Shown here: in pieces, positions 51,356 to 64,000 of the stretch
Layout: each line of letters starts with the position of its first letter
How positions within the stretch are numbered: the first letter of the stretch is position 1
Notes under the pieces: generated by a model
The model's input: only the letters and a program-made list of their open reading frames with translations
Told to the model about the DNA's origin: nothing
Database searches by the model: none
Made by a program: the position numbers and the translations under genes
Assembly (NCBI GenBank): GCA_031835245.2
Contig: JAVKOQ020000048.1
Coordinates: 124,001-188,000, forward strand
Length of the DNA: 64,000 bases
Direction of reading: 5' to 3'
From: Balamuthia mandrillaris
Lineage: Eukaryota

Positions 51356-54093
51356 TTAAAAGCCACCACGCAGTTCTTGCAGCAGTTTAGTGTGTTGTGT
51401 AGGCATGAGGTCGCCATAACGCAAGAACTCCATCGTAAAGCTTCCCTTTCCTCGAGTCAAAGACCGGAATTGAGTGGAGTATCCCACCATTTCCTTCAAG
51501 GGCAACTCTGCAGTGATGATCTTGTTGCGCAGGTCCGATTCCATCATTCTCACCACACCTCTCCGCTGTCCGGTCAGATCAGAGAGAAGAGGACCAGCGT
51601 GCTCCTCATCCACCGTGATGCCGACCTTCATTACAGGTTCTAACAAGCGAGGCTCTGCCCTGCCGATCAGCTGTCGTGTGGCGGAGTGAGCACAGGCCCT
51701 CAAGCCTGCTTCTGTCGACTCAGGAGAGAGATCGCAGGCACGAAGCGTGACGTGCACGTCCTCCACCGGAAAGCCAAACAGAGTGCTCGACTGAAGCGCG
51801 GTACGTACGCCTTGTTCCAAGCCACGGATGAGAGCTTGGGCTGTTTGTTTGCCGCCGACAGGGGCAGCGACTGCAAAAGCTTCCTTGGGGATTTCGTTTT
51901 CGATAAGATTGCCAGCGCCCCTTTCTCTGGGCTCCACGGAGATGGTCAACTGAATGCGTTGCTTGCTGCCACCGACATCCAACTCCCTTTCCACCTGCTC
52001 CTCTAGGCTCTGATTGATAGTAGTTCTGTAGGAAATGCGCATCTTGCCAACTTCGATGGGCACCTTATAGTGAGTCAGGATGCGGTCCTTTAGGATGTCC
52101 AAGTGGAGCTCACCCATGCCGCTCATCAGGGTTTGACCGCTGTCTGGGTCTACTGATACCACAAAGGATGGGTCTTCACGTTGGAGGGAGGACAAGGCCT
52201 GGTCCAACGCCTTCTGTCCGCTCAAGGACTCAGGTTCCACCGAGCAGAAAAACACGGGAGGAGGCACGTTGATTCCCTTCAGCACGTAGATCTCCTTGTC
52301 TCCTTGTTTTTTGCTTGTAGTGGCGGTATGTTCTTCCAACACAGTGACGGTATCTCCGGTGCATGTCTCTTTCAGACCAACGGCTGCACCGATGTCTCCT
52401 GTGTTGATGTGTGGTACCTCTATCATTTCCTCCGCGTGGATGCTCATCAACTTGGAGATGCGTTCTTTGACGCCGCGCGTGCTGTTGAAGAGGGTGACCC
52501 CCGAACGAAGCTTCCCCGAGTAGACCCTAAAGTACACCACCAGCCCTCTTTGGTGGTCATGCACGACCTTGAAGGCCAGCGCGCAGAGAGGATTGGAGGG
52601 AGAAGGGTGGATGTCCACATGCCTATCTGCCAATGATTCCACTTGATTACCTCTTTTAAGGGCCACGACGTCAGCCTGCACAGGAGGCCGTTCCATGGGA
52701 GAGGGCAGATAGTGCAGCACGGCATCCATCAGGGGTTGTACTCCCTTGTTCTTTAGGGATGAACCGCACAACACGGGCACCGCTTTGGCAGCTAAAACAA
52801 TTCTTCGAAGAGCCGCCTGCAATACTTCCGGCGACACCGCACTCTCTCCTTCCAACACTCGCTCCATGAGCTCATCATCGAGGTCGGCCACTTGTTCCAC
52901 TAGGTTCTCTCTGGCCTGCTTTGCCTTAGTCAACAGCTTCTCGGTGGCATGTTGGCTAGTAGCAAGAGGTTCCCTAGTATAGGTATCCCCTCCACCCTCC
53001 GATTGCTCCCACACCAACACCTCGTTGGTGACCAGGTCCACCACTCCCTTGAACTGGGGTCCCTCTCCTACCGGCAACTGCACCAACAGAGGTCGCGCTC
53101 GAAGGCGATCCTTCATTGTGTTAACAGACTTCTCGAGAGTGGCTCCTTCTCTGTCCATCTTGTTGACAAAAGCCAACACAGGGACCTTATAACGAAGTGC
53201 TTGCCCCCACACCGTCTCCGTCTGTGCCTGAACACCTGCCACACCGTCCAAGACGGCCACCGCTCCATCCAACACTCTCACCGCCCGCTCCACCTCGAAC
53301 ATAAAGTCCACGTGCCCAGGCGTGTCTATCAGGTTGATGCGGGTGTCACCCCAGTTGAAGGTTATGGCGGCAGAGTTGATGGTGATGCCTCGCTCCTGCT
53401 CCAGACGCATAAAGTCCATTACGGTAGTGCCATCATCCACGTCTGTTCACGTGAACACGCAAAATAAAGAAGGTAAGTGCATGAATAATAAGAAGAGAGG
53501 AGCAGAGAAGGAAAGAAACAGAACGGAAAGAGACGAACTTCCGGCACGAGGGACAACGCCAGCGTAATAGAGCATTCTCTCGGAGGTAGTAGTCTTTCCG
53601 GCGTCCACGTGTGCGATGATACCTATGTTTCTCACCCGGCGCAGCGCAGTTTCTACCAGGAAAGTGCCAAGAAAGCAAAGGATGAGTTGAAGAAGAAGAA
53701 GCAGAAGCAGAAAGACAAACATAAAGGACAGAGAGATGACGATTAGGGAGGAGTTCGGTAAGCAAGCATACCAACGTCGCGCTTTGGTGAGTCTGCTTTG
53801 GAGGAAGGAGAAGATGAAGAGGACTTGTTACGGAAAACAACAGGGAAGAAGGTCCCATTGGAAGCACAGACAGAGGGGAGCAGCGGGACGAACCGCCGGC
53901 GACAAAGGAAGGAGGAAGCGGCGATGAAACGCGGCACTGCGGTGGAAGGAGAGCGAAGATGCGATGGTGATGATGATGATGGCATGGATGAGGGCAAGTT
54001 CGATGCAACAGCGGAACTAAACGGTCGTCGCTGCAGCCGGGGCAGCACAGAGCAGCCCTTGGCCGCATCAGCCCGCAGGAAGGAACGCCACAT
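51356..54093 (-). CDS. GFM2: Mitochondrial EF-G2 (ribosome-releasing factor 2)
   Basis: Arg/Ser-rich presequence MWRSFLRA..; [51 protein letters not shown]. The DVDDG.TV.DF effector and divergent domain IV favour GFM2 over GFM1. Confidence 0.85.
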
Positions 54094-54331
54094 CTTTCTG
54101 TTCAAGGAGAGCGCGCAACTTTTTTGGTGTGAATATCTCCGTGTCGTCCTGATTTCACAAACATGTCGACATGACTTACAAAAATCGAGACTCCTCAAGT
54201 CACTGTTGCAAAGCGGATTTTTTTTTAAATTGGGAGGGGGAAAAAGAAAAAGAAGGGAAAGAGGGAAGGCACAGAGGGAAGCACAAAAACCTACGCAAAG
54301 GGCTGTCAACGGTGTAGCGGACGATTGAATC

Positions 54332-56375
54332 ATGCAGTGTGCTTGTACGTGTTTTTTGTTTTGTTAATCTTATTTGTTTTTTTTTGTTTTTTTTCTTGTT
54401 TCTTGCGATGTGTTGTTGTCATATCTGATTTTTATTGATACCCTTTTTTTTAAAAAATCGGTTTCACATTGCCTTACTTTGTGTGTGGGATTACAGTGTC
54501 AGGAACAGAACCAGAAGAGCCGGTAGTGTCCAGGGTTTCCGGGCACGTCTTTGAAAAGCGCTTGATAGAGAAATACCTTGAAAACGCGACTACCTGTCCC
54601 ATCACCAAACAGCCCCTCTCCACGGATGATCTCATCCCTCTGCAGGGTATGTTTCTATCTCTCATCTTTTGGGTTCTTCTCTCTCTCTCTCTCTCTCTCT
54701 CTCCACTTCCCTTGAGGGTTAGTGCTGACGGAAAAGTGAATCGCTACGCAGGCTTTAACAAGATCGTCAAACCGCGGCCAGCCAAAGCTACCAGCATCCC
54801 CAGCTTGATCAACCTGTTCCAGAATGAATGGGACGCAGTCATGTTGGAGTGCTACACGCTAAAGCAGCAGCTTGACATGGTAACATTTGTTGGCCAAACG
54901 TGACCTTTCCTTTTGTCTCCCACTAACTATTTCTGTTGTGGTGAAGGCACGACAAGAGCTTGCACATGCCCTGTATCAGCAGGACGCAGCTTGTAGAGTT
55001 ATAGCGAGGCTTACACGAGAAAGAGATGAAGCCAGAAGGTACAGTCTTCAGCTTACTCGGCACACAACGGTATTTTGTAACTCATCTTTTTTTTATCTTT
55101 CTTTTTTGTTTTTATGGATTAGGGCGCTCGCCTCTGCCAAAGGACAAATGATTCCCACCGAACAACAACCCTCTCAGCAGCCACAGCGGTCAGCCCGCGA
55201 AGAGTCAATGGAACTGGAATCAGGAATTACAGAGGCTCTCAAACAGCGATTGATCTCGTTTTCAAAGCAGTACGCTTTCTTTTCGCACTCATCTCTTTCT
55301 CTCTGTTCTCTCAAGTCGGCTTTCTCCGTTAATCAACTCGTACCTACTCAGATTGACAGCAGAACGCAAGCAAAGAAAGATTCCGGAGGACACAGCCACG
55401 CCAAACGACATCAAGGGTTACAAGGAAATCTCCAGCCATCCCCCCCACTCTGCAAGCAAGCCTGGTATTCTCTGCCTTGACCTTCATCCTACTCAACCAT
55501 TGGTACTTTATTTTACTCGTTCCTCCCTGTCTTTCACACTGTCGATTGACACTTTCTCTCTTTTTCCAATAAAAAGGTGGTGACGGGCGGCGTAGACACC
55601 AAAGGTGTAATCTTCGATAGAGACTCGCAAAAAGTGGTGGGCACTCTAACCGGTCACAGCAAAAAAGTCAGCGATGTGTTGTTCCACCCTCAAAATGAGC
55701 TAGTGTTTACAGCCTCCTATGACAACACCGTTCGTGTGTGGAGCCCTCCTGACTCTGGCAACAAGTACAAGTCACAACACATCATCAAGGTTCACAAACA
55801 GCCGGTCGTTGGCGTCAGCCTTCACCCTACCAAAGAGTATCTGGCCTCTGGCTCGCGGGACGCCAGTTGGGCTTTCCTCAACATCGACACTGGCGCTTGC
55901 CTCACACACGTCACTCCAGAGCACAACGAAGGTACACACAGAATCTCTTCTCTTTGACGTCTTCTGATTCTCAATTGAGTTTTCTCATTTTGTTATCATT
56001 CTTCTATTTTTATCCGAAGCCATTCATTGCTTGTCATGGCATCCGGATGGCCTCATTTTGGGAACGGGAACAGCGGGCAGCCAAGTGCGGATCTGGGACA
56101 TGAAGTCGGTGAGCAACGTGGCCTCTTTCACCGGCCACAAGGCCACCGTCAACAGCATCTCCTTCTCCGAGAACGGCTTCTTCATGGCCAGTGCCGCCGA
56201 TGACAACACCATCAAGATGTGGGATCTCCGCAAGCTGAAGAAGGGTGCCCTGCAAACGATCTCCCTGGACGATCCTGCCTCCTCCGTTTCCTTTGACTAC
56301 AGCGGCCAACACCTTGCCGTTGCTGGTGCTGATCTTAGGTATCTCTTCTTTTTTGTGTTTTTGGGGGAGGGGAGA

Positions 56376-56411
<36 letters not shown>

Positions 56412-56637
56412 GGGGGAGGGAGGGAAGGCTGAAAGCGCGGAGGCGTATGGACAATTTTTACTAACACCAAATGCTCTGTGAAGGGTGTATTCCATTGAGG
56501 GAGAAGCTACTTTGGTGGAAACGTTGGTGCTCTCCGACTTTGGCGCTCCTGTCACCGACGCTCAGTTTGGACCAAACGCCTCCTTCCTGGCTGCCACCTC
56601 CATGGACCGCACCCTCAGGTTCTTTGCTCAAGCGTAA
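54332..56637 (+). CDS. PRP19: Pre-mRNA processing factor 19 (U-box, coiled coil, WD40)
   Basis: A 13-nt first exon gives [26 protein letters not shown]; then [36 protein letters not shown] and WD repeats. Confidence 0.97.
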
Positions 56638-57024
56638 AAAAAAAACCAAACAATAATAACACTTGGCATCGTTCACCGCGCCCTCCTCCTCCTCCGCCTT
56701 TTACCCCCTTTTTCTTTCTTTTTTGAGGGAAAGTATCACGAAATTCGGAGGGGAAGTGCTGACGTGGCACCTACTTCTCATTTACTATTTTCGGCAAAAA
56801 GTCATCACCCAAAAAAAAAAAAAAGAGAACTGCGCTGAAAAGAAGAGCAAGAAAAAGAGGCCAAGTAGAAGCCTGTTCCCCTCCCCTCCAAAGACAGACA
56901 GACCACACACAAACCAACCACCCCCCCCCCCTCTTTTTTTTTTTTTTTTTCATTGTTTGCTTTTTTTTATTTCCTTCAACCCTCCTCGGTAGAGACCTTT
57001 CGTCAAAAAAGAAAATCAAACAAA

Positions 57025-57624
57025 ATGCCTCAACTTTTTGCAATCAGTGTGATGCGATGGAACGTGGAAGCTCCGCCCACGCTGCTCTTCATGGACTTTG
57101 AGCTCTCCTCCTTCTCCTTCTTCAAGCGGCCGACCATCAAAGAGCTCGTCACCTTCTTCTGTCGCCAGGTAGTCCAAAGGACCAAGCCAGGGGAAAAGAA
57201 CGTGGTGGACCAAGGGGACTACGTCTGCCATTGCTTTGTCAGCGGGGATCGCCTGGCCAGCGCCATCATCACCGACAAGGATTACCCCACTCGGGTTGGC
57301 CTCTCCTTGGCTGCCCTGGTCATGAGGGAGTTCAACAACCAGCACAGCGACAATTGGCAAGGACAGACTCACGACGTGCAGCTGGACACGCCCGCCCTGC
57401 ACACCCTCTTGGAGAAGTACCAGAAGCCCGATGAGGCGGACAACATCTTGAAGATCCAGAAGGAGTTGGACGACGTCAAGGAGATCTTGCACAAGAGCAT
57501 GGAGGACCTGCTTACTCGAGGGGACAAGCTGGAGAACATTATCGAAAAATCGGAGGACCTCAGCGCCTCCTCCAAACAGTTTTTGTGGCAGGCAAAGAAG
57601 ACCAACTCCTGCTGTGGCTACTAG
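57025..57624 (+). CDS. YKT6: Ykt6-like longin R-SNARE; intronless
   Basis: ELSSFSFFKRPTIKE, DKDYPTRV, YQKPDEAD..KIQKELD, LLTRGDKLE, KS.DLSASSKQF, NSCCGY*. Confidence 0.95.
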   Translation: MPQLFAISVMRWNVEAPPTLLFMDFELSSFSFFKRPTIKELVTFFCRQVVQRTKPGEKNVVDQGDYVCHCFVSGDRLASAIITDKDYPTRVGLSLAALVMREFNNQHSDNWQGQTHDVQLDTPALHTLLEKYQKPDEADNILKIQKELDDVKEILHKSMEDLLTRGDKLENIIEKSEDLSASSKQFLWQAKKTNSCCGY

Positions 57625-57803
57625 GCTTTGTTTGCTGCATTTGGCCCTTCACCTCTCTCCTTTTCCCCCCTCTTCCTCTTTGAGTCTTCTTCTTTTGCGG
57701 CTGTTCTTTATTTAATGTACAAACAAACGTAACCTCTTCTTTGTTGTTTGCAACAACTCTGCCCGATTGATGGGGTATTGCTGCTCTTTCTGTGTCATCA
57801 TCT

Positions 57804-57975
57804 TCACCAGCTGGCCACCGAGTAATCCCACACCTTTTTTTATTTGGTGTTGTGCAAAGAGATCATCAGCCACTCTTCGCGGCACACAAGCAATGGAGAA
57901 CGTACCGTGGCGCCATCACTTCCTCCTGTCATTAAGGTTGCCCCGTCGTACTGCAGACACCATAGCTGGAGAGAG

Positions 57976-58009
<34 letters not shown>

Positions 58010-59903
58010 GGCATACTGTTTAACGTACGGAAGAAAGAAAACGACAAGCAAGAAAGATATAGCACCTTTGTGTTGGTGCTGGAGGGTAGCGACGAAGCGA
58101 AGCGCATGGTGCGCCAATCCAAGACATGAACACACTTACCGGTTCCACCTAAAACGGCTTTGAAGGAGTCATACTGCATGCATTCCAGATGAACGGCGTT
58201 GGTGCTCCCTCCAGCGCCAGACTCGATGGGTTGTGGTTTTACAATAACGTGCTCTCTTGAACGTCGGTCACTTTACACACATCGTTTTTGTTAAGCCATG
58301 CGAAGGAGGGAGAGGGAGAGGGAGAGGGACAACGGATGAGAAAGAACGTACTAGACAACAACGCAGCCATCCATACTGCAAGACACAATTTTCTGGTCAT
58401 CAAACTGTACAGCACGCACCCAATCTGGTGTGTGTAATGGAATATCAGACCATTGTTTCTCTTTGCAACGCAGAATAGAAGAAATCGAAGAAAGAACGCA
58501 CAGTTGTGGTGTTGGTGCTTTGTCTGTTCGTGTTGAGATGTTAAATACAGCTTATGAACATAAAAGCGAAAACAAGGGAAACATACAATGCATTGCCTGG
58601 TGGTGAGGTCAAAAACCAAGACCGTCTTGTCGTACGTTCCAGCAACAAGAGTGGTATCACCAACGGACAAACGTTCATGGAGGCAACGCACAGCACCAGC
58701 ATCCGGAGAAAGCGCTTCTTTACATTCAGGAGTCTTCTCTATAGCATCCTCAAGTCGCCATATCTTTTTTTTTTGTTAAAAATATGCAAACCGTTTAAAC
58801 TACCTTTGTTGAAAGCATAAGCACTTTACTCTACTACTTACCTTTATCTTCGCATCAGAAGAGCCCGTTATCTAGCCACCATTATTCATTGTTAAGTAAG
58901 AGAGAACAAAAAAAACAAAAGAGACATAACGAGAGAGAGAGAGAGAGACGAGAGAGAGAGAGACGAGAGAGACGAGAGAGATGAGAGAGAGGCAGAGACG
59001 GCAAGAGTACCAATGTATCCCTCCACAAACGAATATGGTTGATAGAACTTCTGTGATGAGCATCTAGCACATCCAAGCGGTCACTCGCTGGCTCTTCAGA
59101 ACGCAGCAAGCTCTCCCGAGAGAAAATGGAGATAGCGCCTCCCCAAGTGCCAACAACGAATCGCCGCTCGTCAAAGGCCAGGGCTTGTCCCATCGAGTCC
59201 AAAACGCTTTCTGATATTTGCTCTCCTGTTTCTCTGTTGAAGATTGAGAGAAGGCCTTGGCTCCCCACGCCTATTACTGTCTCGTCAAACTGCACCACTG
59301 CTTGTCAGAGAGAGAGAGAGAGAGAGAGAGAGAACAGAAGAGAACAAAAGGACAACAAAGAGAACTACGAAGAGAAGAGAACGACGGGAAGAGGGGGGAG
59401 AGCTGAGAACAAAGTACTCGTAGAGAATGCAACGTTTTGCCAGGTTTAAGCGTAAAGGTTGGGAGGGCCACGCCTTTCATATAGTTCTGCTCAACTAGCA
59501 CCCGCTTCTTGAACTTTGCTTTCCAACCGGGTTCCTTCTCCTCCGTTTCACCGCTGCTCAGTCAATGAGATCAGCAATAAGAAGAGGCAGAGATGCTCCA
59601 AAGAAACAGAAAATATACCGCAAAGAGGACGTCGCTGAGCCCCAATACTGCTCGTAGAAGCCCCGCCATACTGCATGGTTAATGAATCAAAGTAAGTGAC
59701 TTATACGGGGGAGAAAGAAAGAAAGGGTGCTCTTTACAAGAGTCATCTTGAGAGAGCGCATACAGCCGCGAGTTGACAAGAGAGACACGCAACAGGAGAG
59801 ACTTCATCGACACGTAACGCAACATGTGCAACAACAGTTCTTCCGGCAGCCTCAACAAGCACCCCTCCTTCCCTTCCTCGCCCTCTGCTTGTTGTTGCTC
59901 CAT
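57804..59903 (-). CDS. F-box/WD40 protein
   Basis: F-box LLRLPEELLLHMLRYV..LLRVSLVNSR; WD-like repeats (LVAGTYDKTVLVFD, VLGGTGKCVHVLDW, LMTGGSDG). 3' end approximate. Confidence 0.85.
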
Positions 59904-60147
59904 CTCTGCAATATTTTTTGAACAAACTTTAAGCTATATCACTGCAAGAGTGCCAGTTCCTGGTCGACAAGAATGTATTTTTGTCGACGATTTGATAGTG
60001 GAAAACAGGGAAAATTGGGTGAAATAATTTTAGTACATTATTTTTAGGATCTGGCACCAACTTCATTTTTCCAAGAAATAAAGGTTAAGTTAACTTTTAT
60101 TTACAGCGATAAACAAAAAAAAACAAAAAACAAAAAACAACACAAAC

Positions 60148-62000
60148 ATGCCACGTGCAAAAAGAGTCAAACGCCAACCGCCTTATGTTTGTGAGCACCT
60201 CTACTGTTCACCACAACGGTTTGTTGCACAGGATACCTCCACCCTCAATCGACATGAAAGGCGCAAGGGAGGAGGAGGGCATACGTGTAATGCAACTAAT
60301 TGCACAACCTGCAAGCGATGGGAAAACCATCGACTTGGAAAGAAGAACCCAAACGACCTGAGGTTCGAGTGCCGTCACTCTGTTTGTGGCAAACGTTACA
60401 AATCAGAAGAGTCAAGAAGAGAGCATGAAGCAACAGTTCAACATACCTGCTCACCTGATTCCTGTGCCCGTTGTAAGGAGATAGCCACCCGCCAGGATGA
60501 AAAGGGAAAAGAGAAGGAAAAGCAAGAGCAGGCAAAGGAAGAAGTGAAGAAGCAACGCGAAGAAGAAATAGAAGAAGCTAAGCAAGACATCATGGAGGCG
60601 ATTGAAACGAAGGTGACTTGGGATGTTGAAGGAAACGTGCGAGTAGCTGTAGCAAAAGCAGCAGTGGAAGGAGCACTCCAAGTTGATGTAGTATTAGGAG
60701 TGGCTGCCATTATTCACTCTTCTCCAGTGATTGAAGGATGGCTACAAGCAAACCTCTCTACATCTACTTATCAACCTTGTGTGACAGACCTTGTCTGGTT
60801 GAAGAATGTGTTGCATATACCAGATCGTTGTTGGGAGTTGGTTGTTCATATTTTCAAGCTATCAAAACAAGCAAGCCTACATCAAGTTCGAAAGAAGCAA
60901 TGTGAGTTGTTAAACAAGAAGGAATTGGTTGCAACAAAAGGTGGAAAAGGAAGTATGTACCAGCCGAAAGAGTTTGTACAGCAACTCTTTTCATCTTCTA
61001 AACTTCAAGCAGCAGATCGACCTGTTTTAAAGCTTGCCTTTGATGGATCTACAGCAGCCAAAAAAACTCGTCTACAAATGGAAGTTGGGACGATGGAGTT
61101 CATAAGCAAGAAATCCACATTGAAGGCGCTCAAATCGTCACACAACTGTCATCCTTGGCTGTTGTATTTAGGAAACGAAGATGGAGAAACATTAATCAGA
61201 GAACTTGGTGATCAACGAGCAGTGCTCAACGACTGGATAGAAAAGGGTGTGCTACTTACTTCTTCTTCTGGTGAATTGGTGCACCTGTGGCCATACATTG
61301 TGGTTGACTTGAAGGCCTTGGCTGTTTTTAGTGGCATGTATCAATTCTATCGCAGCAACTCTACCTGTCGCTGTTTTTGGTGCAATGTCACAAAGCGGCA
61401 GTTAGCACAAGGTGAACTCTCAGCAGAAGAAACTCGCTTTCGTACCTTAGAGGATGTCAAAAATGATTGGAAAGCAGTTATCAACTGGGAAGAGGCAACA
61501 AGGAGATCAAAAGCGACAGATCATCATGGACAGGTTTGTGTTGTTTTTTGTTTCTATTTGCTCTTCTGACTTTTGTTGGTGGTCTTGTTTGCTAAAAGGT
61601 GCTTGAACCTGTGTTGTTTTTAAATCCAATGCAAGTTATTCCAGATCTTCTTCACCTATTAATGGGCGTAGTTCGCAAACTCATCAATAAGACAATTGAG
61701 CTCGCAGCAGAACGACCAAGGTTACAACAACTTTTTGTTGAACGAATGGCTGGAATTGGGATTTACCTTATTCCAGCAGCTTCTGGAGTTGGTTTCAAGA
61801 AGAGGATTAAAGACAGCAGGCTCAACAGACGTGAACATTTAATCATCCTTGAAAATCACACGTTCATTTTAGCAGACCTTGAGGAAGGCATGCCTAGAAG
61901 AGCACCAATTCGAACAACACTTCCACGAGTTCGTCAGGTTTGGGCAGCTTTCCATCGAACAGCCTGTTTAGCAAAATTATGCTTTACTGTTCTCTTATGA
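60148..62000 (+). mobile_element. RAG1-core/Transib-like DDE transposase gene, C-terminally truncated; one intron 61534-61598
   Basis: Ordered motifs LKLAFDGS, KSSHNCHPWLLYLGNEDGETL, IVVDLKAL, SNSTCRCFWC, HGQVLEP, IPDLLHLLMG parallel RAG1 SCDGM, [52 protein letters not shown]. No TIRs found. Confidence 0.65.
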
Positions 62001-62018
62001 ATGGTGTTGGTCAAACTC

Positions 62019-63870
<1,852 letters not shown>

Positions 63871-64000
63871 TCCGTCCTCTTGCGGCGTTATCCCGTTGAA
63901 TTCAACCTAATAGGTGGTCCGCAACGCCGCACTTTGTTACGGTTCAATGAATGTCCAATATTACCGCGTCAAACCTTGTTCTCTGCAGGGTCCGTGGCTG

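Noticed and set aside
57804..59903. Beta-propeller gene next to the RAG1-like gene as a RAG2-like partner
   Set aside because: It is F-box/WD40, not kelch/PHD, is divergent rather than convergent, and has host-type introns.
59904..60147. RSS-like or Transib terminal inverted repeat
   Set aside because: No CACAGTG/CACWATG end in the right orientation and no matching right end. The GTCGAC palindrome recurs at host promoters.
63871..64000. Possible ncRNA or upstream exon at the window edge
   Set aside because: No recognisable structure or motif, and too little context.

Overview
Gene-dense eukaryotic nuclear DNA with short GT-AG introns, many filled with pyrimidine microsatellites on the sense strand. 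The gene content (WASP, I-BAR-SH3, dysbindin, condensin II, snurportin) and intron style suggest a free-living amoebozoan, possibly Balamuthia-like; this is inference only. I reconstruct 27 protein-coding genes (including one transposase-like gene), one intron-containing tRNA-Tyr and one decayed tandem duplicate. Many genes sit in tight head-to-head pairs. The top observation is a RAG1/Transib-like DDE transposase gene (60148-62000) with an unusual duplicated Cys/His module, truncated before the catalytic Glu. Also notable: an IMPACT protein fused to an MJ1316-like RNA-repair domain, a pseudo-JmjC + 2OG-Fe(II) double oxygenase, a CUE/UIM-TULIP protein, a recurrent GTCGAC-A-rich intergenic motif and an exact ERSE-type element. 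Family calls come from motif recognition by eye, not database searches. Gene coordinates span introns and starts are best guesses.
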